A program made the translations under genes and the position numbers. A stretch of DNA of 63,281 nucleotides, the filler included, from Octopus bimaculoides (taxonomy: Eukaryota), in the NCBI RefSeq assembly GCF_001194135.2. It is 6 parts of 5 records of this genome, joined end to end, with 100 filler letters (N's around TTAATTAATTAA, not from the genome) between each part and the next. Parts side by side here need not be neighbours in the genome. Positions count along the whole stretch, not along the records: positions 1 to 17,030 come from NC_068991.1; 5 more parts are not named here. One strand, written 5' to 3'. This document shows positions 1 to 11,289 of the stretch, piece after piece; position 1 is the first letter of the stretch; every line of letters starts with the position of its first letter. The notes beneath the pieces were generated by a model. It searched no databases, was not told the DNA's origin, and worked only from the letters and a program-made list of their open reading frames with translations.

Positions 1-802
1 AACTGTTCATTGTCATCTTCAATAACTTGCAAAGGTTCCTAAACTTGGAAAATGGGTGTCTCATGAATTGTCCGAAAGCAACTGCGAATCCCGAGTTGAC
101 ATCTGCTCTTCTTTCCATTCTTGCGAACTCATTTCACCCTTTTTGGATAGACTTGTAACCGGTGACAAAAAATGGATCTGCTATCAAAATGTTAAACATA
201 GTAAACAGTGGCTTGGTAAAAGGGAAAAAGCTCAACCACAACTGAGAAGGGAACTTCATGGGAAAAAGGTTCTTCTCTCTATCTGGTGGGATTGCAAAGG
301 AGTAATTCACTTAGAATTGTTACCACCTAATGCAACAATCAATGCTCAAGTCTACTGTCAGCAATTCGAACGTTTGAACTAATTTTGAAGAAAAACAGAC
401 CCGCTTTAGTTAATCGAAAAGGAGTGATGTTTCATCAGGACAATGCACGACCTGCAAAGATCACATCACAGAAGATCGAAGAGATTGGTTGGGAAAAAAT
501 TCCTTGTCCACCTTATTCTCCTGACCTTGCTACTTCAGACTACCATTTGTTTCGTAGTTTACAGAATTATTTGGGGGACATAACTTTCGCAAGCCAGGAG
601 GAGGTTGAAACTGACATTTCAGAGATCTTCGCTTTAAAACCAAAAGAGTTTTACATTGATGGGATTAAAAAGCTTGTAAATAGATGGAAGTCATAGATAA
701 TCAGGGAAAGTACATTAATGATTAAATTTCAATTAAATATAACATTTGATCACTTGTTTTCTTTATTCAAAATTCGGACAGAACTCATGGGATGACCTGA
801 TA
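1..802 (+). mobile_element. Mariner (DD34D-type) transposon, right part; frameshifted transposase pseudogene plus right TIR
   Basis: Motifs WVSHEL (WVPHEL-like), LVTGDKKW, FHQDNARP and YSPDLATSDYHLF across ORFs 56-382 and 385-696, which are in different frames. The 3' end reads AAAATTCGGACAGAACTCATGGGATGACCTGA followed by TA at 801-802. The left end lies outside the window. Confidence 0.93.
769..802 (-). repeat. Right terminal inverted repeat of the mariner plus TA target dinucleotide
   Basis: Reverse complement is TA-TCAGGTCATCCCATGAGTTCTGTCCGAATTTT, ~70 bp after the transposase stop. The partner TIR is not in the window. Confidence 0.75.
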
Positions 803-2280
803 GATAGATTTCATCCAGCACATCCCTCCCACTGTCGCAGAAGGTACTATACTCACAAGTTTTGATGTCACCAGTCTCTATACTAATATACCTCACACTT
901 TAAGCCTAAAGCAATCATACACTGGGTAGAGAAACATAAAGAACAGATAAATGAACACTTCAAGACTGACTTCATCACAAAGGCCACAAGCCTAGTACTA
1001 GAAGAAAATACCTTTAGATTTAACAATAAAACATATTGACTGATAAAGGGCACAGCTATGGGTATGTGGTTTGCGCCCTTATGTGCAAACTTAGTTATGG
1101 GATACTTGGAAGAAAAACTTTATGAGGAAGTAGAAAAAACTTTTGATCTTGAGTACAAGAAATATATCATTAAAAAGTGGAAATGCTTCCTTGATGATTG
1201 CTTCATCTTCTGGGACAAATTGAATGAAGATCTAAATATATTTAACAATATACTCAACACACTTCACCCATCCATCAAATTCATGACACAATCCAGTTGC
1301 AATGAACTACCGTTCCTGGATATCCACATAAAAATACAGAACTCCAGTCACAACAGACATATTTTACAAAAAAACTGACACACACCAATATTTAAATTTC
1401 TACCATCCATACAGCATGGCAAGATGCATCTGTGCTCTAGTGACTGTCCCCAAAATACGTGAAACCCCGCTCAATGAACTCAAAAGCTTCCTCACAATGC
1501 AGAAATGCCCCTTAGGATTAATTAATGAGGGAATTAAAAAGGCATTGAAGCTGAACATCACCCAACTACGGACACCTAAGGAAAAAGTTAATGAAAACAC
1601 AATTCAGTTCATTAACACACACAACATCTTTCACGCTATAAATTTGAACTTACCGATACTCCTACAAAACCCCAAAATGTAAATTCTGATTGAAAAATAC
1701 ACCTTACGGAATAGCAGACACCAACCAAAAAATCTTTAAAACACCTCACAAGGGCAGAATTCAAATCAGAGAATGAATCAGAATTCTTAGTCAAAGAATG
1801 TGGAGATAGATGTGGAACATGCAACAACGTCAACTTCAAATACTTGGAAAGTGGTTCTCACATAAAATTCAAGAGCAGATCCCTTTTCAAAATAAATGCA
1901 GATATGAACTGCAAAATGCAAAACCTCATATACTGCTTTATCTGCCCAAACTGCAAAGAAAGTTACATTGGCAAAACAAATAATTCCCTCTGCTAACATG
2001 CAAGAATCCACAGGCAACATATCTGACAAGAGGAATTACCCAAGATTCCATTAAGTAAGTATCTGGAAATATGCAGCGATGGAAAATTCAAAATTTTTCC
2101 ATTTTTGAAAATGTGCACAGGATGATCTGCAATACCGAATTACACTTCATCAAAAAATTCTCTCCAAAATTAAATGTTAGAAAGAAAAGCGGAGATAGTA
2201 CATTTTAACTACATTTCATCAAAAAATTCCCCCCAAAATTGAATGTTTGGAAGGGGTGACAGTACATTTTTTATTCCAAA
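803..2280 (+). mobile_element. Penelope-like retroelement (RT + C-terminal GIY-YIG endonuclease), degenerate, family A
   Basis: RT motifs TSFDVTSLYTNIPH (~855-897), GTAMGMWFAPLCANLVMG, FLDDCFIFW and LPFLDIHI. GIY-YIG-like NLIYCFICPNCKESYIGKT (~1920-1980) and terminal LHFIKKFSPKLN (~2142-2180). Multiple stops and frameshifts. Confidence 0.88.
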
Positions 2281-2799
2281 TATAACTAAAAGAGGAGAAA
2301 AAGAAAGAGGGAAAAAAGAAGGAAAAAGGGTAGAGAGAAAGAAAGCAAAATGACTTTCAGTGATGACCAAACCGCACCTGATTTTTTTTGAAGAGTTCAC
2401 CATTCTTAAACCCATTCCAATACAATGGTAAAATAAATAAATGAATGGTGAATAAGAAGTGGGATAACCCTTCTCTCTCTCCCTCTACCTCTCTGTCTAT
2501 CTGTCTGACTATCTATCTAGCTAGCTAGCTATCTATCAGCCTATCTACCTACCTATATTTTTATCTATCAGTCACCATTGTCATGGAACCTCACCCAGGA
2601 AAACAAAAACAATGTTCTCTTCTAAACAAAGCACCCAAAAAACATCTGTTTTATAGAAATGAACCAGCTGTTTGTACATTCACAAAATTTTATTTGACAA
2701 GTTTAAGAAAGGAACTAAATAATGAATAATTAAATAGATTTTTTTTGCAAATTCTGACGACTTTTTTCTCAATATAAATATTGAGAATTTGTGGACGTG

Positions 2800-3180
2800 C
2801 ATAAATTACATTCACGTACACACACACATACTGCCTTTTATATATACAGATATATTTCTTGTCACTTTAATACGTTTAGAGATAGGAGTAAAATAGCTAG
2901 TACTAGTCTTAGTAGGTTTATTAGGGGATTAAAAGAACAAAATAAGAATTTTTCGTTAGAATGGTCAATTATTGGGAGGAATTTCCCTTACAATAAGGGT
3001 AGGAAGCATTGCCACTTGTGCAATCTTGAATTGTATTTCATTCTATTTTCAAAGCATAAGCTAACGTCTAATGGGTTCAGATGTGTTCACGTTCGCAAAC
3101 ATACTTATTTTTGGTTTAGATAATTTCATTGTTTATTTTCACCTATAGCTGAATTTTGTTATGATTGGGTATTAGGGTCT
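2800..3180 (+). mobile_element. Penelope-like element 3' fragment (endonuclease C-terminus), family B
   Basis: ORF 2791-3123 contains STSLSRFIRGLKEQNKNFSLEWSIIGRNFPYNKGRKHCHLCNLELYFIL...RCVHVRKH. This matches the LS..IW.LK...W.I...Y....C.LC..E...CRH pattern at the end of the Penelope-like group with YRDD-type RTs. Confidence 0.75.
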
Positions 3181-3199
3181 GGGTTTTGGTATTTTTAGT

Positions 3200-3748
3200 T
3201 TTGTTATTGCTCTATTTACATATACGTACATCCGTACATATACATGCGCAAGTGTATATACATGTGCATGGGTATACGTGGAAATGTGTGTATATATGTG
3301 TGTATGTGTATATATGTGTATGGGTATGTATGTGTATACGTGTGTATGTATGTATATGTATATATATATGTATATATGTATGTATATATATATGTATGTA
3401 TATGTGTGTGTGTATATGTATATATATGTACATATATATATGTATGTGTGTATATGTGTGTGTGTGGTGTTTTGTATGTGTGTATGTATATTTGTTTTTT
3501 TTGTGTGTGTATATGTCAATATAAGTTTATAATATTTTAAAAATATCTTATATATAAATATGTATGTGGATGTGTGTGTATATGTGTGTGTGTGTGTGTA
3601 TGTGTATATGACTTGAGAACTTTGTATGTATGTGTATGCATGCATATGCATGTGAGCATGCACGTGTTTGCATGTGTGTACAGGTGCACATGTGGGTGCA
3701 TGCATGTAAGTGTGTGTGCGCATATATGTGAGCATGCATATATGTATA

Positions 3749-3793
<45 letters not shown>

Positions 3794-4010
3794 GTGTTTT
3801 TACATATATTTATAGATATATGTATATGGCTAGAGTTACCTCCCTTGGACGTGTTTTGTTTTAATATGTGTGTGATATATGTGCGTGTGTGTTTATATAT
3901 GAATCTGTGTTTATAAATATATAGGTGTGTATGTATGTGTGTGTATTTATGTTTGTGTATGTATATGTATATATGTATATGTATATACTTATGTGTGTAT
4001 ATATATTTAA
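3200..4010. repeat. Compound (TA)n/(TG)n/(TATG)n microsatellite field
   Basis: Seen directly; it produces the Y/I/V/C/H/T-rich ORFs in the track. Confidence 0.97.
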
Positions 4011-4588
4011 AAAAATTTTATGACAAATAGCGTTCTTTTTGAAAATTTAAAAAAAAAAATATTTTCAGTTTTTGTAATTGTGAAATTTTCGCCATGAACG
4101 GATAGTATTTTTAAACCGAGTGTGTTTTTCTGGTGTTATACTTATTTTTTCCTGAAGATGTGTAAAAGAATTTTGATTTATTAAGTCTCTTAATGAATTC
4201 TTTATAGTGAAATATATATTGAAGAAGATAAATATGTTTATTTAATATAAACGTTTTTGCATCATAACTCCTTTATTATTATATATATATATATATACAT
4301 ATACTTAAGGCTTAGTTGTGATCTGAACATAACTGCTTCTGACACAGAGAATTGGGGGCCCTTTTGGGCATTCTATTTTCCTTGCTGGAAGGGTTTCCAA
4401 CCCATGGGCAAAGAGGGGTTAGATGATGGAGGTGGTGTTTTCAAAGGGCTGGCATGTGTAACCTGATCACCTCTGTCGATCAAACTCCCAAACCATGCGC
4501 TTGATTCATTCTGCCTAAATTTGACGTCGATGTTACTTAGTTTGGTTTGAAATAAAGAACTTTATTAGCTTAATAATCCTAACTTAAT

Positions 4589-4617
4589 CCCGGACAAAGC
4601 TGGGCTATACTGCTAGT
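4589..4617 (+). mobile_element. Helitron-like 3' terminus (GC hairpin followed by CTAG)
   Basis: CCCGG-ACAAAG-CTGGG hairpin, then CTATACTG, then CTAG-T. The 5' boundary of the element was not located. Confidence 0.55.
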
Positions 4618-4678
4618 ATATATATATATATGTATATATATATATTCATTTTATATTTATATATACACACATTTATAT

Positions 4679-4923
4679 ATAAGAATAGCCTGGGCAAAGT
4701 TCAGAGAGCTCTTACCTCTGCTGGTGACAAAGGGCCTCTCGCTCAGAGTAAAAGGCAGAGTGTATGACGCATGTGTACGAACAGCCATGCTACATGGCAG
4801 TGAAGCATTGGCCGTCACTGCTGAGGACATGCGTAAGCTCACAAGGAATGAAGCCAGTATGCTCCGATGTATGTGTAATGTCAGTGTGCATACTCGACAG
4901 AGTGTAAGTACCTTGAGAGAAAA
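4679..4923 (+). mobile_element. RTE-clade LINE RT C-terminal fragment, duplicate of 5011-5255 across a 10-N gap (probable assembly duplication)
   Basis: RIAWAKFRELLPLL...GRVYDACVRTAMLHGSE; appears identical to the copy after the gap, including the preceding TA-rich flank. Confidence 0.85.
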
Positions 4924-5010
4924 NNNNNNNNNNTATATGCATACACACACACATATATATATGTATATATATATATTCATTTTATATTTATATATACACA
5001 CATTTATATA

Positions 5011-6170
5011 TAAGAATAGCCTGGGCAAAGTTCAGAGAGCTCTTACCTCTGCTGGTGACAAAGGGCCTCTCGCTCAGAGTAAAAGGCAGAGTGTATGACG
5101 CATGTGTACGAACAGCCATGCTACATGGCAGTGAAGCATTGGCCGTCACTGCTGAGGACATGCGTAAGCTCACAAGGAATGAAGCCAGTATGCTCCGATG
5201 TATGTGTAATGTCAGTGTGCATACTCGACAGAGTGTAAGTACCTTGAGAGAAAAGTTGGACCTAAGAAGCATCAGTTGTGGTGTGCAAGAGAGACACTTG
5301 CACTGGTATAGTCATTTGGCAAGAATAGATGATAGCTGTGTGAAAAAGTGCCACAGTTTAGTGGTTGAGGGAACCCGTGGAAGATCTAGGATGAGGTGGT
5401 GAAGCACAACCTCCGAACATAAGGCCTCACCGAGGCAATGACTAGTGACCAAGACCTTTGGAAATATGGTGTGTGTGAGAAGACCCAGCAAGACAAGTGA
5501 GACCATAACCCGTGGCTTTTATCAGGGGTTTAGCCAGCCCACTTATGCGTACCTTTCCTCCTTTGGACACAAAATCCTGCTTGCGAAGACCTGTTGAGAC
5601 AAGTGTAATCGAAATAGAAATTGAGCCAAATTCGTCAACTGGCACCCATACCAATCTTCCTTCATTGGATACTAAACTCTGCTTGCAAAGACCTGTTGGG
5701 GCAAGTGAAATCGAACTGAACCATATTCAATGACTGGCGCCCGTGCCAGTGGAGCGCTAAGAGCACCATCCGAGCAGGATCACTGCCAGAGCAGCGATCT
5801 GGCTTCCGTACCAGTGGCATGTAAAAAGCACCATTTGAACGTGATGTTTACCAGCATCGCCTTACTGGCACTTACTGGCGAGGTCGTTGCCAGCGCCACT
5901 GGACTGACTCCTGTACAGGTGGCACGTAAAATACACCATTTGAGAGTGGCTGTTGCCAGTACCGCCAGACTGTCCCTCGTACCGGTGGCATGTAAAAAGT
6001 ACCCTATACACTCTCGGAGTGGTTGGCATTAGGAAGGGCATCCAGCTGTAGAAACTCTGCCAAATCATATTGGAGCCTGGTGCAGCCATCTGGTTCGCCA
6101 GTCCTCAGTCAAATCGTCCAACCCATGCTAGCATGGAAAGCGGACGTTAAACGATGATGATGATGATGAT
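5011..6170 (+). mobile_element. 5'-truncated RTE-clade LINE: ORF C-terminus, 3' UTR and (GAT)n tail
   Basis: MLHGSEALAVTAEDMRKL...LHWYSHLARI...GTRG, then a 3' UTR ending CCAACCCATGCTAGCATGGAAAGCGGACGTTAAACGATGATGATG that recurs at ~9500 and, inverted, at ~40540. Confidence 0.88.
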
Positions 6171-6177
6171 ATATATA

Positions 6178-6350
6178 TACTCTTTTATTTTTTACTTGTT
6201 TCAGTCATTTTGACTGCGGCCATGCTGGAGCACCACCTTTAGTTGAACAAATCGACCCCAGGACTTATTCTGTGTAAGCCTAGTACTTATTCTATTGGTT
6301 CCTTTTGCCAAACCGCTAAGTTACAAGGACGTAAACACACCAGCATCGGT
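6178..6350 (-). mobile_element. SINE 3' tail (abundant family), cut by gap
   Basis: ACTTGTTTCAGTCATTTTGACTGCGGCCATGCTGGAGCACC...AAGCCTAGTACTTATTC; homologous copies at ~33020, ~52885, and ~19750-19960 and ~60880 on the plus strand. Confidence 0.85.
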
Positions 6351-7659
6351 NNNNNNNNNNNNNNNNNNNNNNNNNNNNNNNNNNNNNNNNNNNNNNNNNN
6401 NNNNNNNNNNNNNNNNNNNNNNNNNNNNNNNNNNNNNNNNNNNNNNNNNNNNNNNNNNNNNNNNNNNNNNNNNNNNNNNNNNNNNNNNNNNNNNNNNNNN
6501 NNNNNNNNNNNNNNNNNNNNNNNNNNNNNNNNNNNNNNNNNNNNNNNNNNNNNNNNNNNNNNNNNNNNNNNNNNNNNNNNNNNNNNNNNNNNNNNNNNNN
6601 NNNNNNNNNNNNNNNNNNNNNNNNNNNNNNNNNNNNNNNNNNNNNNNNNNNNNNNNNNNNNNNNNNNNNNNNNNNNNNNNNNNNNNNNNNNNNNNNNNNN
6701 NNNNNNNNNNNNNNNNNNNNNNNNNNNNNNNNNNNNNNNNNNNNNNNNNNNNNNNNNNNNNNNNNNNNNNNNNNNNNNNNNNNNNNNNNNNNNNNNNNNN
6801 NNNNNNNNNNNNNNNNNNNNNNNNNNNNNNNNNNNNNNNNNNNNNNNNNNNNNNNNNNNNNNNNNNNNNNNNNNNNNNNNNNNNNNNNNNNNNNNNNNNN
6901 NNNNNNNNNNNNNNNNNNNNNNNNNNNNNNNNNNNNNNNNNNNNNNNNNNNNNNNNNNNNNNNNNNNNNNNNNNNNNAGATATCAGCTTCAGGAGTTGTG
7001 AAGAACGAATTTGTACATAGTCTGCTTCTGAGAACTATTCTATTGGACCTCTATGTAATCCTTAAAACATTGATTTAATTATGAAAATAGAAAGAAATTA
7101 TACATTAATCCCTATTTTTGTAAGCAGTTGTATCTGTAAAAATTTTATTTGCAGAGAGCAGATATTGAAAGAAGATGTATGAAATGGATGTGTGTCCGTA
7201 TTTTTACGATAGTTGTTAAATTTTTGAAATGCAAATATTTGAATGAAAATTAAGTTCTGACCTACATGGCAGCTAGACCTGGTAGAAATAGCAGCCAAAT
7301 CTCCCTCAAAACATCCTACAGTCTCCGACAATTCTGCGTATTATGTAGTTTGAATGAGAAACTGTAACTAAAGATNNNNNNNNNNNNNNNNNNNNNNNNN
7401 NNNNNNNNNNNNNNNNNNNNNNNNNNNNNNNNNNNNNNNNNNNNNNNNNNNNNNNNNNNNNNNNNNNNNNNNNNNCATAATGGCTGTCTAGTGCGTTGAC
7501 TTGAATCATTGGCTGTAGTAGTAGTAGTAGTGACCGTGTTGGTAATGGTAAACGAGAGTGACCTCTGTCCGTGTAAGCAGCAGTAGTTAATTGGTTGCAG
7601 TAGTAGAGGAGGAAGCAGAAGCAGTATCAGCAGCAGTGGAAGCAGCAGTAGTAGTACTG

Positions 7660-7815
7660 ACCGTGGCTGTGTGGTAAGTAGCTTGCTTACCAACCACATG
7701 GTTCCGGGTTCAGTCCCACTGCGTGGTATCTTGGGTAAGTGTGTTCTACTATAGCCTCGGGCCGACCAAAGCCTTGTGAGTGGATTTGGTAGACGGAAAC
7801 TGAAAGAAGCCTGTC

Positions 7816-7817
<2 letters not shown>
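7660..7817 (+). mobile_element. tRNA-derived SINE head followed by (TA)n
   Basis: A-box-like TGGCTGTGTGG and B-box-like GGTTCAGTCCC; homologues at 19283, 33244-33402 (minus) and ~47345-47480 (minus). Confidence 0.85.
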
Positions 7818-7847
<30 letters not shown>

Positions 7848-8246
7848 NNNNNNNNNNNNNNNNNNNNNNNNNNNNNNNNNNNNNNNNNNNNNNNNNNNNN
7901 NNNNNNNNNNNNNNNNNNNNNNNNNNNNNNNNNNNNNNNNNNNNNNNNNNNNNNNNNNNNNNNNNNNNNNNNNNNNNNNNNNNNNNNNNNNNNNNNNNNN
8001 NNNNNNNNNNNNNNNNNNNNNNNNNNNNNNNNNNNNNNNNNNNNNNNNNNNNNNNNNNNNNNNNNNNNNNNNNNNNNNNNNNNNNNNNNNNNNNNNNNNN
8101 NNNNNNNNNNNNNNNNNNNNNNNNNNNNNNNNNNNNNNNNNNNNNNNNNNNNNNNNNNNNNNNNNNNNNNNNNNNNNNNNNNNNNNNNNNNNNNNNNNNN
8201 NNNNNNNNNNNNNNNNNNNNNNNNNNNNNNNNNNNNNNNNNNNNNA

Positions 8247-9515
8247 ACTAGAGGAGAAATTTCAGGTGTGGAAGCAAGGACTAGAATTGAAGGGCCTTAG
8301 AGTCAACCTAGCTAAAACCAAAGTCCTAATAAGTAGGAAGGTAGACAACACACAAACCCCTTCAGGTAGATGGCCCTGCTCGATCTGTAGAAAAGGCGTA
8401 GGTAGAAACTCTATAAGATGTACCCCGTGCAAGCTATGAACACATAAGAGGTGCAGCAATATCAAAGAAAGGTTAACTTGGAAGTTAGCTTTTGTATGTA
8501 GCAGATGTTCAGGAGCAATAAACACTGAAAATGTGCAGAAAACAACTTCTGCCACATTCCAGGGAGAAAAACCAGACGTAGTTGATAGCTTCCGCTATCT
8601 AGGTGACCAAGTTAGTAGTGGAGGAGGGTGCGCTGAAAGTGTAGCTGCTAGAATAAGAATAGCCTGGGCTCCGATGGATGTGTAATGTCAATGTGCATAT
8701 TAGACAGAGTGCAAGTACCTTGAGAGAAAAGTTGAACCTAAGAAGCATCAGTTGTCGTGTGCAAGAGAGATAATTGAGTTGGTATGGTCATGTGGTGAGA
8801 ATGGATGAGGATAGCTGTGTGAAAAAGTGCCACACCCTAGCATTTGAGGGAGCCTGTGGAAGAGGTAGGCCCAGGAAAACCTGGGATGATGTGGTGAGGC
8901 ACGACCTTCAAATATTGGGTTTCACCGAGGTGATGACTTCTGACCAAAACCTTTGGAAGTATGCTGTGCGTGAGAAGACCCGGCAAGCCAAGTGAGACCT
9001 AAATCCAAGGCCTCTGCCAGGAATGTGTACCTTCCTTCATTGGACACTAAACTCTGCTTGCAAAGACCTGTTGAGGCAAGTGAAATCGAAATCGAACTAA
9101 ATTTGACGACTGGCACCCATGCCAACATCATCTCCTTCATTGGACACGAAACTCGGTTTGCGAAGACTTGTTGGCTCAAGCGAAAGCGAAATCGTGATGG
9201 CACCTGTGCCCAGCGTGTCCTCCCTGGCACTTGTGCCGGTGACACGTGTAAAGACATTCGAGTGAGATCGTTGCCAGTGCTGCTGGACTGGCTCCTGTGC
9301 AGATAGCACGTAAAATACACCATTTTGAGCGTGACTGTTAGCACGTAAAAGCACCCACTATACTCTTGGAGTAGTTGGCATAAGGAAGGGCATCCAGCTG
9401 TAGAAACACTGCCAAATCAGATTGGATCCTGGTGCAGCCATCCTGTTCACCAGTCCTCAGTCAAATCGTCCAACCCATGCTAGCATGGAAAGCGGACGTT
9501 AAACGATGATGATGA
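8247..9515 (+). mobile_element. RTE-clade LINE 3' part with PHD-like finger inside ORF2 and an internal ~167-bp deletion
   Basis: KGLRVNLAKTKVL, WPCSICRKGVGRNSIRCTPCKL*THKRC, FRYLGDQ and WYGHVVRMDEDSCVKKC...GRPRKTWDDVV; same 3' UTR and (GAT)n tail as 5011-6170. Confidence 0.88.
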
Positions 9516-10518
9516 TAATATCCATACATTTATAAATATATACATTTATATGCATTTATATATTTACATATATGAGCAATCGTCGTAACAAGACGTACTT
9601 TTCATAGCTCCGGCCAGTCAGTAGCCAAAGAAACAGATTTCAACTCAAACCAGCAGTAACTTTCCTTGTTTTTAGCCCCAGAACTCTTGAATTCTACTAT
9701 TCTACTATCGTCATAGCATAAATTTACACAAATTTATGTGCAACCTGGAGAAACAAATATAAACCAAAACCAAACCCAAGATTAGTTCTAAAACTAGTCC
9801 CGTGAGTACAATTATTTTCTCTTGATTTCTAATTAAACACACAGCTCATTTTGATTTGTACTAAATACACTGAACTCTCTCTCACACCCCGAGATATAGC
9901 CACGCATTTCTGAATATATCGACACAAACTTTTCAACGGTGCATTCACTATTATACATGAAGTCATCAATAACCGGTGTACAGTGTATAATACTGTCCCA
10001 CTGAATATGACCAATAATATTCTAAAATGCCACTGGGTAAAAAACGAAATCAGTGCACTGATAAACGCTTGGTACACTCACCGTAATGAATGTGTAAAAG
10101 CTAATGTCTACAGTAAAATCCCTGAAAAATTAGCATCACAATACTTTTACAGATCTGTAAAACAGGTTGAAAACAAAATAAAAGAAATCACAAGATCATT
10201 TCATACTTTACACATGCACATGGCAACACTAGAAGCCATACTTGTCAATGGATGTAGTGCACCAACTGACCCAATTCCAACAGGTCAGAGCTCACTTCAA
10301 CGACCCAACCCGTTAGCCAGCAACAAACAACATCCTCATTGATATCACTAAGTGATCTAATTCCACCCAACGCTACCATGGCAAGACTGGACTCACTACC
10401 ACAACAACAACAGCCTGCTACTGATACTACATTGGAAGCACCTTGTTTGGCACCACTATCTGACCTGATTCCACCCAGCCCTACTGTTGCAAGTCAAGTT
10501 TCACTGCTGTTACAGTAA

Positions 10519-11022
10519 CAACAACAACAGTCTGCTACTGCTACTACAGTAGGACCACTGACCAATGAGCCTGCCAGAACAGAAAAACCTTTACTATGCC
10601 CACGTCAAAAATCCTGTCATTACCATTCTCAAGGTAACTGTAGATTTGGCCCCAGCGGCACCAACAACAAGGGACTCTGTGCTTTTTTCCATCCTACCTT
10701 ATGCCGTAGACTTGTTAAGGGCACCTGTCCATATGGTATAATTGGAAAAAACTGCCCTCACCTCCACCCCAAATACTGTCCTAAATACAGAGTCTATGGT
10801 CCTGATCCTAAATATGGATGCACAAAAGGCAATGGATGCACCTTCTTCCATCCTAAACTGTGCCAAACATCTGTGTCACTAAGGATGTGCTTGAACCCAG
10901 AATGCAACCACCACCATCTGAAGGGCACAAAACGATCAAAAAATAAATATAAACAGCAACAGAGGAGACCTACAACAAAAACAAAATACAACCACATTTC
11001 ACCTTCTACAACCAAACAATGA
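10519..11022 (+). pseudogene. LINE ORF1 segment with four tandem CCCH zinc fingers (no in-frame start, absent from ORF track)
   Basis: Manual translation: KSCHYHSQGNCRFGPSGTNNKGLCAFFHPTLCRRLVKGTCPYGIIGKNCPHLHPKYCPKYRVYGPDPKYGCTKGNGCTFFHPKLCQTSVSLRMCLNPECNHHHLKG. Confidence 0.85.
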
Positions 11023-11289
11023 AGACAGAACTATGGGAAAACCATAACACCAAATAATATAAACATGAGCTATGTATCCTCTGTCCAAGTGGCAAACCAA
11101 AGAGGCAACTCTTTTTTACTAGCTTATCTAGAAAATATGAAGGCCGACCTAAGCCAGGAGATCCAACGAGCTATCAGCAACCATTTATGCAAAACACAAG
11201 GAACACACACCCACCACCAACTAGAACATCATACATACACAGCTCCATACAAAAACTACCCTCATTGCTACCTCTGAACAACATAAAAC

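Noticed and set aside
2748-2790. AAATT-CTGACGA followed by a 10-bp AT-rich hairpin
   Set aside because: Lacks stem II and GAAA; probably chance or a heavily deleted relic.
3165-3916. Many Y/I/V/C/H/T-rich ORFs (also 18016-18675, 24813-25750, 30472-30791, 39259-39845, 43026-43579, 60064-60823)
   Set aside because: They are translations of TA/TG/CA microsatellites, open in several frames and on both strands.
7660-7740. tRNA-like sequences with A/B boxes (also 19283, 33330, 40719, 61680)
   Set aside because: No complete cloverleaf; they continue into SINE bodies.
6243-8300. Long ORFs spanning N runs (also 13392-13912, 25237-25750, 52992-53753, 57700-58149)
   Set aside because: Their length comes from X codons in gaps.
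9665-9685. TTTTAGCCCCAG match to the H1 motif
   Set aside because: Only ~12 nt match; none of the other H1 blocks or the hammerhead follow.
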